Part shown: positions 9,622-19,529 of the stretch, piece by piece
Numbering within the stretch: position 1 is the first letter of the stretch
Layout: each line of letters opens with the position of its first letter
DNA from: Massilibacillus sp.
GTDB taxonomy: Bacteria > Bacillota > Negativicutes > JARBTT01
Reading direction: 5' to 3'
Assembly (NCBI GenBank): GCA_029240055.1
Contig: JARBTT010000002.1
Span: 1 to 59,148 of the forward strand
Length of the DNA: 59,148 nucleotides
Position numbers and translations under genes: made by a program
Notes under the pieces: model-generated
Told to the model about the DNA's origin: nothing
Database searches by the model: none
Seen by the model: only the letters and a program-made list of their open reading frames with translations

Positions 9622-10217
9622 AGCTTCACCGTTTCTAATTCCAACTCTTCCAGTGACCAACCGCCATAAAATATTTGTTGAAATTCGCTAGTATCGTTTT
9701 TGAAATGGCAACGATAATACCATTGACCAGACCATGCTAATTCTGCGCCAGAAGTGACAATGCTAGGGAAAGTTATTAATGCAGTAGTATCCCAAGTAAA
9801 ATCAGTTGTTGCTACTCCGGCAATCGTAATAATTGGTTTAGCCGTAATGCCAAAAACAGGTTCGGTGAAACCTCCATAAGTGCGAGCTAAGCGAAAACTA
9901 GTACTTTGCCCATCCCCCACGCCAAAAACTTGATTAGTTGCCGTATTATCTTCGAATAACGGATCGGCAAATAAGAAGTCTTGTCCTGAGCCGCCAACGC
10001 GATTATAAAATCCCATCAACGAATGTATATCATCGTTTTGGTCGTTACTATCCTCTAAATATTCAAATTGTAATTTCAAACTATAAAATGGATATGTATA
10101 AAGTTGTAAAAACTTTGGAATACCTGTCATTCCTTTTTGCTGAATAGTGCTCCAATTATTAGTTTTTATTATTGGATATGTCAGGCCGCGGAATATTGGT
10201 AAAACTAAATCACTCAT
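9618..10217 (-). CDS. distal tail protein (DUF2460 / GTA gp12-like)
   Basis: 199 aa, first gene after the tape measure. Sequence style FRGLTYPI...FADPLFEDN. Confidence 0.5.
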   Translation of the reverse strand: MSDLVLPIFRGLTYPIIKTNNWSTIQQKGMTGIPKFLQLYTYPFYSLKLQFEYLEDSNDQNDDIHSLMGFYNRVGGSGQDFLFADPLFEDNTATNQVFGVGDGQSTSFRLARTYGGFTEPVFGITAKPIITIAGVATTDFTWDTTALITFPSIVTSGAELAWSGQWYYRCHFKNDTSEFQQIFYGGWSLEELELETVKL

Positions 10218-10246
10218 AATTAACCCCCTTAAAAGGGAAAACCGCC

Positions 10247-13200
10247 CTATTTATTAGGACGGTTAAAATTTCTATATTCTTTATTTATTACTGTTGCCAT
10301 ATCGCGACTTGAATTATTTAAGGCATGCTTCATGCCTCGACCATCAATAGCAGAAGCATTTACATTAAATGTTGTATTTCCTGTACGCGTACGACTATTG
10401 CCACTACTAGAATTACCACTACCAAGACTACGAATATTATCCGCTAGGTCTGGTGTTAAAATCATTTCATTTTTGTGAACCATAGCCAATGTATCTTCTG
10501 GTAATTGTTGCGCCCCTATATCAAAACTAGGAACGGTAATTTGCGATACAGGGGTAGGAGTTTGATAGTAGCTATTCGGACTTCTTCCAAGGCTTACAGA
10601 GCTTGTACTTTCAGAAGTAGAAGAACCGCCACCGCCAAACAATGCTGATATCGCCCACATTATCGCCATCATTTCAAGCATTTGCATCATTGCTAATTGA
10701 GTCCCTTTGACTGCATTTGCATTTGCTTCTTGGTCACTAGCTGTCACTGCGGCATTTTTAGTAGCATTTGCTGTAATTTCTGTTGTGTTTTTAACTTGGT
10801 CTGTTGCAATTTCAGTAGCATTTTGAGTAGTTTTTAAAGATGCTCGTTGCGTTACGCCTTGTTGAACAACGGAAGTAAGCTGGTTCTGTACTGCTTTTTC
10901 TTGTGCTACTTGATTATTTTTTGCGCCAGAACCTTGCTTGTTGTCTTTTGTATCTTTTTTACCATAAACAAGCTGAGTTAAGTTTTTAGTCATCTTTTGC
11001 GTAAAATCAGTAGAAAATTGACTAGCTACACCTTTCCACATGCTACTAAAAATATTTTTCATCGCTTGCGCCCAAGACATTGTTTTATTCAATATCCCAT
11101 TTAGAGATTGTTCAAGTCCAGACTTATAAGATGTCAATGCCGCAATTTCATAACGATTAACATACTCAAAAGTTTCTTGACTTAAGTCCCGCTTTTTCTT
11201 TTCGTATTCAGCTTGTATCTGTTCGCCTTTAGCCAAGAATTCTTGTGTTTTGATAAAATCTTTTGATAATTCTTCTATTTGCTTTTCAGTATCAGCACGA
11301 TCTAAATCTGTTTTTGCATTAATGTAAGCACGATAGGCGGCAATCATATCATCAGCATTGCCCTCTTTAGGGTTAACCATCCCACCTATAGCTTTTTCAT
11401 TTTCAGCACTCTTTTGACTGTAAGTAGACTCATTTTGCTGAACTTTGTAAGCAATTGCCTGTGATTTACTAATAAGTCCTACTTTTTCGTTATACTCAAT
11501 CTGCTTGTCAATCAATGCTTGAATATCAGTAATGTATTGCTTGTTTATTTCGGCTCGTTTTTTAGCGATTGACATTTCGTAATCATTACGCTCTTTGATC
11601 TTTTTGTAAAGATTTTGTTCAGCTTGTTCGCGTTCTGTAGAGTTAAGAAGTGCTTTATCGCGAATAGTAGTAAGCATTTCAATTTCTTTATCAAAAGCAT
11701 CACGTTTAGTAATTTTTTCTTCTGCAATAGCTGTTTCAAGTTGCGCTTTTTGTAAATCTAATTGTTCCTTTTGTTTTTTGGTCATCAACTCATATTGACC
11801 TTTTTGGAAGTCTAACGTTTCTTGGTGATTTTTATTGTCTGTTTTAGGAACATCGCCAAGCATGGAACTATATAGATATAATTGATCGTTTGAAGTAAAC
11901 TTCTTGCCATCTACTGCTTCTGATTGGTATTTAGCCGCTGCAACAGCTTCTTCATATGCTTTTTTAGCTTGTTGGTATGCGGTTTCTCCTGTACCTTCTT
12001 TGCGACCTTTTTTGCCTTTAGGTTCGTATGGTGTAGTTTCGTTACCGCCGATTCTATTTTCGCTTCCAGAACCATATCCAGATAATTCCGTTTTATTAGC
12101 TTGCATCTTTAAATCAGTCATTTTTTGCGTTAAAGCATCTATTTCCTCTGTTACGGAAGAAGGTTTCCATTTAGCTAATCTATCTAACTCCGCTTGTAAT
12201 GCTTCGTTATCGCTAGCTTTTCCGACCAACGCTTGATAGTTATCTTTACCGACAATATTTGATGCAGCATTATTAAAATCAATCTCGCCTTGTACAAAAC
12301 CAGCGTATGTATTCATAGCTAATTGTTGTGCTTGCGCTAATAAACCCCATGCGGATGTTTCTGATTTTAAAGCATCTATTCTATCTTGTGTTAATTGAAT
12401 TTGGTTGTTAGTATATTGTACTTGTTGATTTATAAGATCTTTTATTTCCCCTTGAATTGAAGAACTTTTTTTACTATGAGCTTCTTGTTCTAATTTAATA
12501 GATTCTTGGATATTGTCAGATGTTGTAATCCTTTCAAGCCCATCTTGTCCTACAATTTTTGCGAGCTCATCTTCCGTTGCGCCTAAATCTTTTTTGATTT
12601 GAGTCGCTTTAGATTCATCGTTACCGACATCTTTTAAATTTTGTTGAAGCTTAATATATGATTGTCCAAGAGTACCAATGAATTCAACTTGCTTTTGGTT
12701 CATTTCAATTTCTTGTTTTTTAGCGGCAATTAAATCGTTATTCTTTTGTATAGTATTTTCTGCTGCAGTATCAGACGAACCTAATGCTGTAGCGTATACA
12801 GCACCACCAGCAGCGGCGGCAATTAAAGCACCTATTATTAAGTTTAATCCGCCTGTTGCAACGGTTGCAGCTATACCTAATCTACCAGTAGCTGTAGTGG
12901 CTGCATTAGTAGCTACTGTTTCTACGCCTAAAGCTGCGCTTTTTACACCACTAGCAACTGTTCCTTCGGTTTCGACTACTGCGGTGGTTTTTAATGCTGT
13001 GCTTAATCCAATCAATCCAGCATTTAAAAAAGATAATGTTTTAGATAAAACTAAGAAACCTGTGCCAGCAATCGCGGTAACTCCTGCAATCTGATAAGCA
13101 CTAGCAGGTATTTTTTGTAACCCTTTCAAGAAGTCGTTTATAACATCAAGCATTCCTTTAATACCTGTAGCTAAACCAGAATTGCCTGTATTGACTAAAA

Positions 13201-13366
13201 GACCTTCCATGCTAGCCTTAACTTGTTCTATTTTACGGTTGATTGTATCAAGTTGTGCTGCGACTTGTGTCTCAGCCATACCGCCAGAATTAATAGATAG
13301 ATTGTATGATTTAATAAAGTCAGCATATGAACCGAACATGGCAGCGGCACGACCCCATTGGAACTT
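10247..13366 (-). CDS. tail tape measure protein, exon 2 (C-terminal 1039 aa)
   Basis: Begins KFQWGRAAAMFG..NSGGMAETQ, which continues a TP901-type TMP core. Followed by long coiled-coil and Gly/Ala TM-like segments. Joined in frame to exon 1 by splicing. Confidence 0.8.
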   Translation of the reverse strand, partial: KFQWGRAAAMFGSYADFIKSYNLSINSGGMAETQVAAQLDTINRKIEQVKASMEGLLVNTGNSGLATGIKGMLDVINDFLKGLQKIPASAYQIAGVTAIAGTGFLVLSKTLSFLNAGLIGLSTALKTTAVVETEGTVASGVKSAALGVETVATNAATTATGRLGIAATVATGGLNLIIGALIAAAAGGAVYATALGSSDTAAENTIQKNNDLIAAKKQEIEMNQKQVEFIGTLGQSYIKLQQNLKDVGNDESKATQIKKDLGATEDELAKIVGQDGLERITTSDNIQESIKLEQEAHSKKSSSIQGEIKDLINQQVQYTNNQIQLTQDRIDALKSETSAWGLLAQAQQLAMNTYAGFVQGEIDFNNAASNIVGKDNYQALVGKASDNEALQAELDRLAKWKPSSVTEEIDALTQKMTDLKMQANKTELSGYGSGSENRIGGNETTPYEPKGKKGRKEGTGETAYQQAKKAYEEAVAAAKYQSEAVDGKKFTSNDQLYLYSSMLGDVPKTDNKNHQETLDFQKGQYELMTKKQKEQLDLQKAQLETAIAEEKITKRDAFDKEIEMLTTIRDKALLNSTEREQAEQNLYKKIKERNDYEMSIAKKRAEINKQYITDIQALIDKQIEYNEKVGLISKSQAIAYKVQQNESTYSQKSAENEKAIGGMVNPKEGNADDMIAAYRAYINAKTDLDRADTEKQIEELSKDFIKTQEFLAKGEQIQAEYEKKKRDLSQETFEYVNRYEIAALTSYKSGLEQSLNGILNKTMSWAQAMKNIFSSMWKGVASQFSTDFTQKMTKNLTQLVYGKKDTKDNKQGSGAKNNQVAQEKAVQNQLTSVVQQGVTQRASLKTTQNATEIATDQVKNTTEITANATKNAAVTASDQEANANAVKGTQLAMMQMLEMMAIMWAISALFGGGGSSTSESTSSVSLGRSPNSYYQTPTPVSQITVPSFDIGAQQLPEDTLAMVHKNEMILTPDLADNIRSLGSGNSSSGNSRTRTGNTTFNVNASAIDGRGMKHALNNSSRDMATVINKEYRNFNRPNK

Positions 13367-14582
13367 CATATTGTTACTTTTTCTATGTTTTTGGGCATAG
13401 AAAAGGCACGGTCATTTCTGCCGTGCTCTATCGTTTATTATTAGGTTATGCGATAGTTCGGACTGTATCTTCCTCTACGTGAGAGGGGGTTATGTCAGTC
13501 TCTCGGGGTTTATTATGCAAGTTCTTTAATTGTAGTCATTAAAGAATTTAAATCATTCTTTATATCTTTCCCCCATAATTCGTAAAACTTCATTCGGTAT
13601 TTTTTGTAGTATCCAAACTTTCTTTTATCTCGGTTCATGTGGTCAATCTGTTGGCTATTTAAATCTTCTAGTTTATATATTTCTGGATTACCGTGCCAAT
13701 AATCTCCTTGTACCTCAAGGAATATATTTGCATCAACAATATAAAAGTCTGGATAATATTTACCAAAATTATATTGAAAAATATATTTAACATTATGAAG
13801 GTCTAGCCATTCTTTAACCATTAATTCAATATCAGTATTGCTTGAACCGCCAATAATTTGGCATTTTACACTACAGTATTTACCTCTATGATGTGTTTTG
13901 TGATGGGGATAAATTTTCATTTCTTTACCACAATATTGGCAATGCCCTATTTCTGTTTCTACTGTTGCATCGTGATTCCTACAATCCAAACTGCAATATT
14001 CAGTATCCTTATCTTTCCGGTTATAAAATTTATTACCGCAATATTTACAGAACTTAATATCTTTTGGATTATAACGACTGCAATCCTTTGAACAATACTG
14101 CGCTAAAGAATTATTAGCCATAAAAACTTTCTCACATATAATGCAAGTCTTTTTATATGGTCTGCCATTTCTTCGGCATTCTAATCCACAAAACTTTTTA
14201 TCTGGATTAGAAGAAGCTATTTCAAATTCTTTACCGCAAACTAAACATTTTTTATCTCCAATAATTAAACGTTTTTTAGGTTTGCAATCAATAGAACAGT
14301 ATACTTGTCTATTGTACTTTCTTTCAAAGACAACTCCACAAGTAGGACAAATCTTTTGTGCCATATTTATCATCCTCTCCAATGATACTCTCAATAATAA
14401 TATAGGCAGGAGGTGAGAGCACCTCTTTTCGACCCGTCGGTCTAGCCTATATCAATATTATATCATATTTAAGGTTGATTTTGCATAATAATTTCCCACG
14501 GTCTTGACCTCCTCAGGCTTTTAACCGTTATAAAACCCTGTTCTTGTAGTACATCGCTGTACTAGGCGGCAAGTTTAGGTCT
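13367..14582 (-). mobile_element. group I intron (1216 nt) with homing endonuclease ORF
   Basis: Pairings that fix the junctions: P1 is exon GGCGGU (14588-14583, U.G at the junction) with intron GCCGCC (14570-14565). P10 is intron AACUU (14575-14571) with exon-2 AAGUU (13366-13362). The intron ends in G (13367). P2 UAGUACA-GCGA-UGUACUA lies at 14564-14547. Several 3' hairpins are present. Confidence 0.85.
13513..14364 (-). CDS. intron-encoded homing endonuclease: 5 zinc-ribbon repeats plus Vsr/DUF559-like PD-(D/E)XK domain
   Basis: Five tandem CxxC(G/E)..F..(Y/F)C(S/G)xxC modules, then YPDFYIVDANIFLEVQGDYWHGN (Vsr-like). Start taken at MAQKICPTCG with a GGAGAGG SD. Confidence 0.7.
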   Translation of the reverse strand: MAQKICPTCGVVFERKYNRQVYCSIDCKPKKRLIIGDKKCLVCGKEFEIASSNPDKKFCGLECRRNGRPYKKTCIICEKVFMANNSLAQYCSKDCSRYNPKDIKFCKYCGNKFYNRKDKDTEYCSLDCRNHDATVETEIGHCQYCGKEMKIYPHHKTHHRGKYCSVKCQIIGGSSNTDIELMVKEWLDLHNVKYIFQYNFGKYYPDFYIVDANIFLEVQGDYWHGNPEIYKLEDLNSQQIDHMNRDKRKFGYYKKYRMKFYELWGKDIKNDLNSLMTTIKELA

Positions 14583-16631
14583 ACCGCCAGCTATATGTTC
14601 TAAATCTTGTTGCATATCTTGGCTTGTCTCATGTACGGTTAGCATTAAATCAGTGATAACGCTCGAAACATCCCTAAAATGAGCAGTACCGCTTTTATCA
14701 AAGTCATATACAGCTATCCCAAGGTTTTGTAAATCTTGAATTGATTTATCAGAATGAATGCTAGAAAAAATAGATTTTAAAGCATTACCAACAATAGAAC
14801 CACTTTGCCCTGTAGTCTTAATCATTGTACTTGCTAAAGCTGTAGTAGTATCAAAAGATACACCGACAACATGAGCAGCAGCACCACTACGCATTAATGC
14901 TTCGGCTAAATCGGTTGCGCTTGATTGTGCATTATGTGCAACGTTGGTAAATGAATCAACGGTATGAGTAGCGAAACTAACTGCATCAGATTGCTTGCCG
15001 TATGAATTGATAATTGATTCTACAGCTCTGTTTGCTAGTGTTACATCCATCATATCAGCGATCGCCAATTTTGCAGATAATCCAGTAAGAGACATTACAT
15101 CTCCGATTTCTTTGTATCCTCTCGACCATAATTTTCCAGCTTCAATAATCTTATCTACTTCCATACCATATTGCTGTGCTATGCCAATAAATTGCCTAGA
15201 AACATCATTTACAGCAGATTGATTATTATGTAGTTGGGGTAAAGTTTGTATCATACCAGCCATTTGCTGTTCAATATCGGCTATAACTCTTACTGATTCC
15301 ATTGGAATAGCAATAGCAGCACCAACAAGTCCAGCGGTTGCCATCCACGATACATGGCTTTTCATTTTTTCTAGAATATTAGTAAATGATTGTGCGCTAT
15401 TACTAGCTTTTTTAATTGACTTATCAATGTTTTCAAAACCAGCAACATATTCACCATAATTAGAAAATCCAGAAAGCGGGCTTGCCTTAGTAGGTGTTGC
15501 CCCTTTTGCTCCCATTTGAGCAGTAACCGTATCCATATCGGACTTCATTTTTGTGAATGATTGTGCTGAAAGTTTTGTATTAGTATCAACATAACTAGCT
15601 ACACGGCGATAAAGATTATCATATGATGTATTAAGCCGCTGAATTTCAGCTTGTTCCTGTTGAAATTGTTTGGTTTTAGTTGCAACATAACTTTCATATT
15701 GTTTAGATTGAGACAGTTCAGTAACACGTTCACGGTTTGTCATTAACGACTGTAGTTTTTGCTCGTCAGTAAGATATTTCGCATAGCTTTTTTGTTGCAT
15801 ATTGTCAATAGCCATGCGGATTTTTTGCTCTTGCTGTAAAGCTTTCTCACGTTGAACCGCATTTGCTTCATACGCTTTTGTGTTGGCTAATTCTGTCGAA
15901 CGTTCTCGTTCTGTCATAGAATTTTGTAATTTTTGTTCTGCGGAAATATAGTCGTTATATGATTTAAGTTGTTGTTGATCTATAGCACGGCGTAACTTTT
16001 GTTCTTCCTGTAATGCTCTTTCACGATCTGGTGAAACATCACTAACAGTGGTTGGCGCATTAGATACTTTCGGTATTGTTGTCGATTCTTTAAACCGTTG
16101 TTGTTCTGCATTTAGTTCTTTAATTCTATCGGTCAATACCTTAAATGATGCGCTACCTTCATCTACTCCACGTGCTAAACCAGAATAAATTCCTTTTTCC
16201 GAACCTACAGAAAGAGTTCCTAGCTCCTTTTTAAAAGAAACAAGAGAATTTAATGCATCGTTAAAATTACCTTTAGCTTCTGTAAATCCAGTGCCACCCT
16301 GCCAAGCTTTATCTGCTTCTTTTGCAGCTAACGTTACTTGTGCTTGTAATGACTTATACTTTTCTTTTGCTTCGTCAGCAGATTTGCCTGTATTGCTCGT
16401 AGCATTACTTACAGCAGCCAATTGGTTTGATTGGTCAACCATTGATTTCATACTAGCAACAATACCGCTATAGCCTTTTGTAGACGTTTCGGTCATAGTA
16501 TTCATAGTTGCGGCTATTTTGTCAGCAGATTGTTGGACTGAATTCGTAATACTATTTATTGATGAAATTAAACCCGCAAAATCAGCCGAGACGACTACAC
16601 GATATTCGCCAAGGTTTGTATTATCAGCCAT
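14583..16631 (-). CDS. tail tape measure protein, exon 1 (N-terminal 683 aa)
   Basis: Coiled-coil repeats followed by a TP901-type core (..LQNLGIAVYDF..). The reading frame ends ..HIAGG at the 5' splice site. The track tail RPKLAA-stop is intron sequence. Confidence 0.8.
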
Positions 16632-17421
16632 TATATACCTCCTTTCTTAGCTAATTTAGAAAGGTCAGCCATCTTTCTTTTTGGCTTCTTAGGAAGATTG
16701 CTTAAATCGCAACCAAAGTCAGAAACTAAATTGCGAAGTTGTTTCTTTTCCCACATCAGCCGTTCTTCTTCGGTTTTAAATGTTGGTTTTTTCGTTTGCT
16801 TAACAGATTTTTTTTCGTCACTACTGCCAAGTGCTTCCATGAATAGCTTTAGCATTTTACCAGCAGGAGGATTGTCGGCTAAATAGTCAATACAACCATA
16901 AACATCAACGATAGACATTTCCCATTTAACGTAATCTCTTGTATATCCAAAGTTCGCAGATAGTTCAGCAAAAAGTTTTATTTTTTTTATTTCTGGATGG
17001 TCTGGTTCTTCTTCTTGTCTGCTTGTTCCGTCTGCGTTTCCTCGTTTTTTTCAGTCACCTGTTTAATAATTCCTTGGATTTCTATTTCTCGGTCAACAAG
17101 TTTCTTAAAAGCGGCAAGTCCATTACCGGGATTAATTTGATCTTTAAATTCTTCTTCGGTTAATTCTGGATAGTTACGGCGAATTGCTAAGTACAACAAT
17201 TCTCTTATATTCGCAAACACTTCTTTTTTAAGTGGTTTTAAAAATGGAGCGCTTTCCATTTCAGCCACGGACATTACTGTCTTTGCAATTTTTTCAAATG
17301 CATCAAATTCTTCATATGCTACATATGGTAAGTCTGGCATTACATATTTTTTATCGCCAAATTCTACTTCTTGCCCTTTATATTTAAGAGTTTCCATGTG
17401 TAAAATCTCCCTTATTTTCAA
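16631..17421 (-). CDS. tail assembly chaperone GT (-1 frameshift fusion)
   Basis: The -1 frame is open from the slip site through ORF 16631..16918. Canonical G/GT arrangement upstream of the TMP. Confidence 0.65.
16987..17421 (-). CDS. tail assembly chaperone G
   Basis: 144-aa acidic ORF between the major tail and tape measure genes. Contains the slippery heptamer. Confidence 0.7.
   Translation of the reverse strand: MKIREILHMETLKYKGQEVEFGDKKYVMPDLPYVAYEEFDAFEKIAKTVMSVAEMESAPFLKPLKKEVFANIRELLYLAIRRNYPELTEEEFKDQINPGNGLAAFKKLVDREIEIQGIIKQVTEKNEETQTEQADKKKNQTIQK
17044..17050 (-). other. -1 programmed frameshift heptamer A AAA AAC
   Basis: The zero frame reads GAA AAA AAC (E-K-N, codons 124-126 of G). 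The X XXY YYZ phasing is correct. Confidence 0.65.
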
Positions 17422-17428
17422 ATTAATA

Positions 17429-17454
17429 AAGCCCCACCAATTAAGGCAGGGCTT
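17429..17454 (-). terminator. putative terminator/attenuator after major tail gene
   Basis: AAGCCC..CC-loop-GG..GGGCUU stem followed by a U-rich tract on the minus strand, between 17486 and 17421. Confidence 0.4.
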
Positions 17455-17485
17455 AGAGTTTATTTAACTAAATAGTGTATTGTTG

Positions 17486-18556
17486 TCATTCGTCGAGATA
17501 AAGCATTCCTATAACGTCGGAACTATCAGACATAGCACTAAAGCTAAACGATGGGATTAAATAATCTTCGTTTTTGAAGTTTAGGTCTAATTTGTCGGTC
17601 GTACATTTATTCAACACAAGCGTAATATTATGACCGTCAAGTACTGTATAAAGTTCAACTTCGAAAGTTGGTGCAGTACCCATCATATTATTAGTAAGTG
17701 TGATTGTTTTACCAGTGGTTACGTTATAATCATACTGATATTGTACTTTTTTATTAATATCAGCCACTGCAAAAGTCAAAGTCTTAGTTGATGCAGTGCT
17801 AGTAGTTGCTGTGCCACTAGATACAACACCAGTACCTACGACAATAGCCGTACTTGGGGTATTGCCTACACCTGCTACTGTTTCCGTTAACGTAAAAGTA
17901 TCGCTAAGCTTAGTTACTGTATAAATGGCGTTTACCGTTGAATTTGCATCTAATATCGTTTGGATGTTAGTAACTGAATCGGCGATTGTTGCACCAATAT
18001 TAAACTGTAATCCAGTTGCGCCACTTGTTTTAGCTGTTAAAGTTACACCGCCAACCGCAATGGTATCGTCAGCAACAAAATTAGTTGTTACAGTATACGT
18101 TCTAGCTCCTGCTACAGCCGCTACAGTTGCAAAAGCATATTGACCAGTTAAAGGAGTTCCAGTTACTAAGGTCATAGGCTTTTTAGTATCGCCACTTACA
18201 TCATATACAACACGTAATGCATTAAAAGTACCGCTATTAGGAATAGTCCCAATTGTAACGGTATATGGTGAACTATCTGGCACTACCGCATTAATCGGTT
18301 CGGCAACGATACGTTGTCCAGTAGTTTCAGTACCATTTAAAATTAAATTAACAGAAGACGCTTTAATATCAGCCCATTCCGCTTTACCTTCTGCCTTACC
18401 TTTGCCACGTGCTACATGTACAGGCATTTGTTTACGTCCGTAGAGTTCCTTTTTATCAAAACTAAACCCAAACGTACTATTTTGTAATGTTCCAAATTCA
18501 ATGCTTGTCCCATCATTTTGAACTGCAAACATTGAACCTATACCAAATTCATACAA
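17486..18556 (-). CDS. major tail protein with C-terminal T/V/A-rich Ig-like extension
   Basis: Position is upstream of G/GT. Start reassigned to the TTG at 18556 with an AAAGGAGGA SD. The protein begins (M)YEFGIGSMFAVQNDG. Confidence 0.6.
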   Translation of the reverse strand: MYEFGIGSMFAVQNDGTSIEFGTLQNSTFGFSFDKKELYGRKQMPVHVARGKGKAEGKAEWADIKASSVNLILNGTETTGQRIVAEPINAVVPDSSPYTVTIGTIPNSGTFNALRVVYDVSGDTKKPMTLVTGTPLTGQYAFATVAAVAGARTYTVTTNFVADDTIAVGGVTLTAKTSGATGLQFNIGATIADSVTNIQTILDANSTVNAIYTVTKLSDTFTLTETVAGVGNTPSTAIVVGTGVVSSGTATTSTASTKTLTFAVADINKKVQYQYDYNVTTGKTITLTNNMMGTAPTFEVELYTVLDGHNITLVLNKCTTDKLDLNFKNEDYLIPSFSFSAMSDSSDVIGMLYLDE

Positions 18557-18618
18557 ATTAATTCCTCCTTTATTTTTGGAAATAAAAAAAACACCTAATT
18601 TTCTCGAATTCGAGCTAA

Positions 18619-19086
18619 TTAAGTGTTTATAAGTGATTTCTTGGCGTGTATTAACCAAGATGTTATCATATAGTGTGTTCTTACCGTACCGTCATATAGA
18701 GGGCATTTAGTGGGCGATACATTGCGAATCATTGCAAATTCTGGTACTTTATTACCTCGTATTGGGTCGTAATCCAATATATCAATAACTAAGTTTTTTA
18801 AATATGCAACTTCGTCAGGACTATTTTTTGACCATCCATGTATGTAGTACCATTTTTCCTCATAGCCAGTGCGGTTTTTTAATGTTTTACCATTATCCAT
18901 ACAAATTGTAATTGACGGATAAACCGGATTTTCTACCTCATCCATATATGATGGGTAAATAGCTTGATCTGGATTACCATCACTATCTGTATAAGTAACA
19001 AAAGAAGCCAGCTCACTATTTGATAGTAAGTGGTTTCTTAATATTTCGATTATGGGGTCGTATGCTTTTATAGGAATATTAATCAC
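18619..19086 (-). CDS. tail terminator / tail completion-like protein (weak)
   Basis: 155 aa immediately upstream of the major tail gene. Assignment is by position only. Confidence 0.4.
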   Translation of the reverse strand: MINIPIKAYDPIIEILRNHLLSNSELASFVTYTDSDGNPDQAIYPSYMDEVENPVYPSITICMDNGKTLKNRTGYEEKWYYIHGWSKNSPDEVAYLKNLVIDILDYDPIRGNKVPEFAMIRNVSPTKCPLYDGTVRTHYMITSWLIHAKKSLINT

Positions 19087-19529
19087 CTGCCCTGCGTAAT
19101 GGCAATAACTTCGTCAACTTTATCTTTGTATGCGCCACCTAAGAAATTTCTAGGGCGTTGTCTACCATTTCCTGCAATCAAATCACCAATGTATGGTACT
19201 TTGCTTTCATCTACTCCGACCTCTACAGTGGAATGAATCATATTTAAGTTTTCATGCTTTTCGATATTGTCAAAAAGTAAACCAGATTGGCGGTGAACAA
19301 TGTCATCTGAATGCGGTCCCGAATCAACACCATATCTTTTAGAATATGGATGCCCCATATCAGCTAAATCTTTGAGCGTATGGTCGGTAAGTGAAGCATG
19401 TTCCTTTACGCCAGATTCTAATACATTGCCAGCGATTGATAACTTAGCATTCATTTTAGCGGCTTCAATTGGGGTTATGTTGCGGATGTTTTGCAGGACG
19501 TTTGAAAGTCCTTCGACTTTAGCTGACAT
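19083..19529 (-). CDS. head-tail joining protein, HK97 gp10-like (weak)
   Basis: Size and position are typical. Start set at the ATG in a TGATG overlap with the upstream stop. Confidence 0.45.
   Translation of the reverse strand: MSAKVEGLSNVLQNIRNITPIEAAKMNAKLSIAGNVLESGVKEHASLTDHTLKDLADMGHPYSKRYGVDSGPHSDDIVHRQSGLLFDNIEKHENLNMIHSTVEVGVDESKVPYIGDLIAGNGRQRPRNFLGGAYKDKVDEVIAITQGR

Noticed and set aside
11904-13400. Plus-strand ORFs antisense to the tape measure gene (11904..12236, 12678..13094, 13182..13400)
   Set aside because: Their A/P/V-rich composition mirrors the antisense of a coiled-coil and Gly/Ala-rich gene. There are no start signals.
13367-14582. Treating the two tape-measure ORFs as two independent genes with an ordinary free-standing nuclease gene between them
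   Set aside because: The break falls inside a conserved TMP core motif. The 7-codon tail RPKLAA-stop and the ATG at 13369 coincide exactly with P1/omega-G intron boundaries, and P10 pairing supports splicing.
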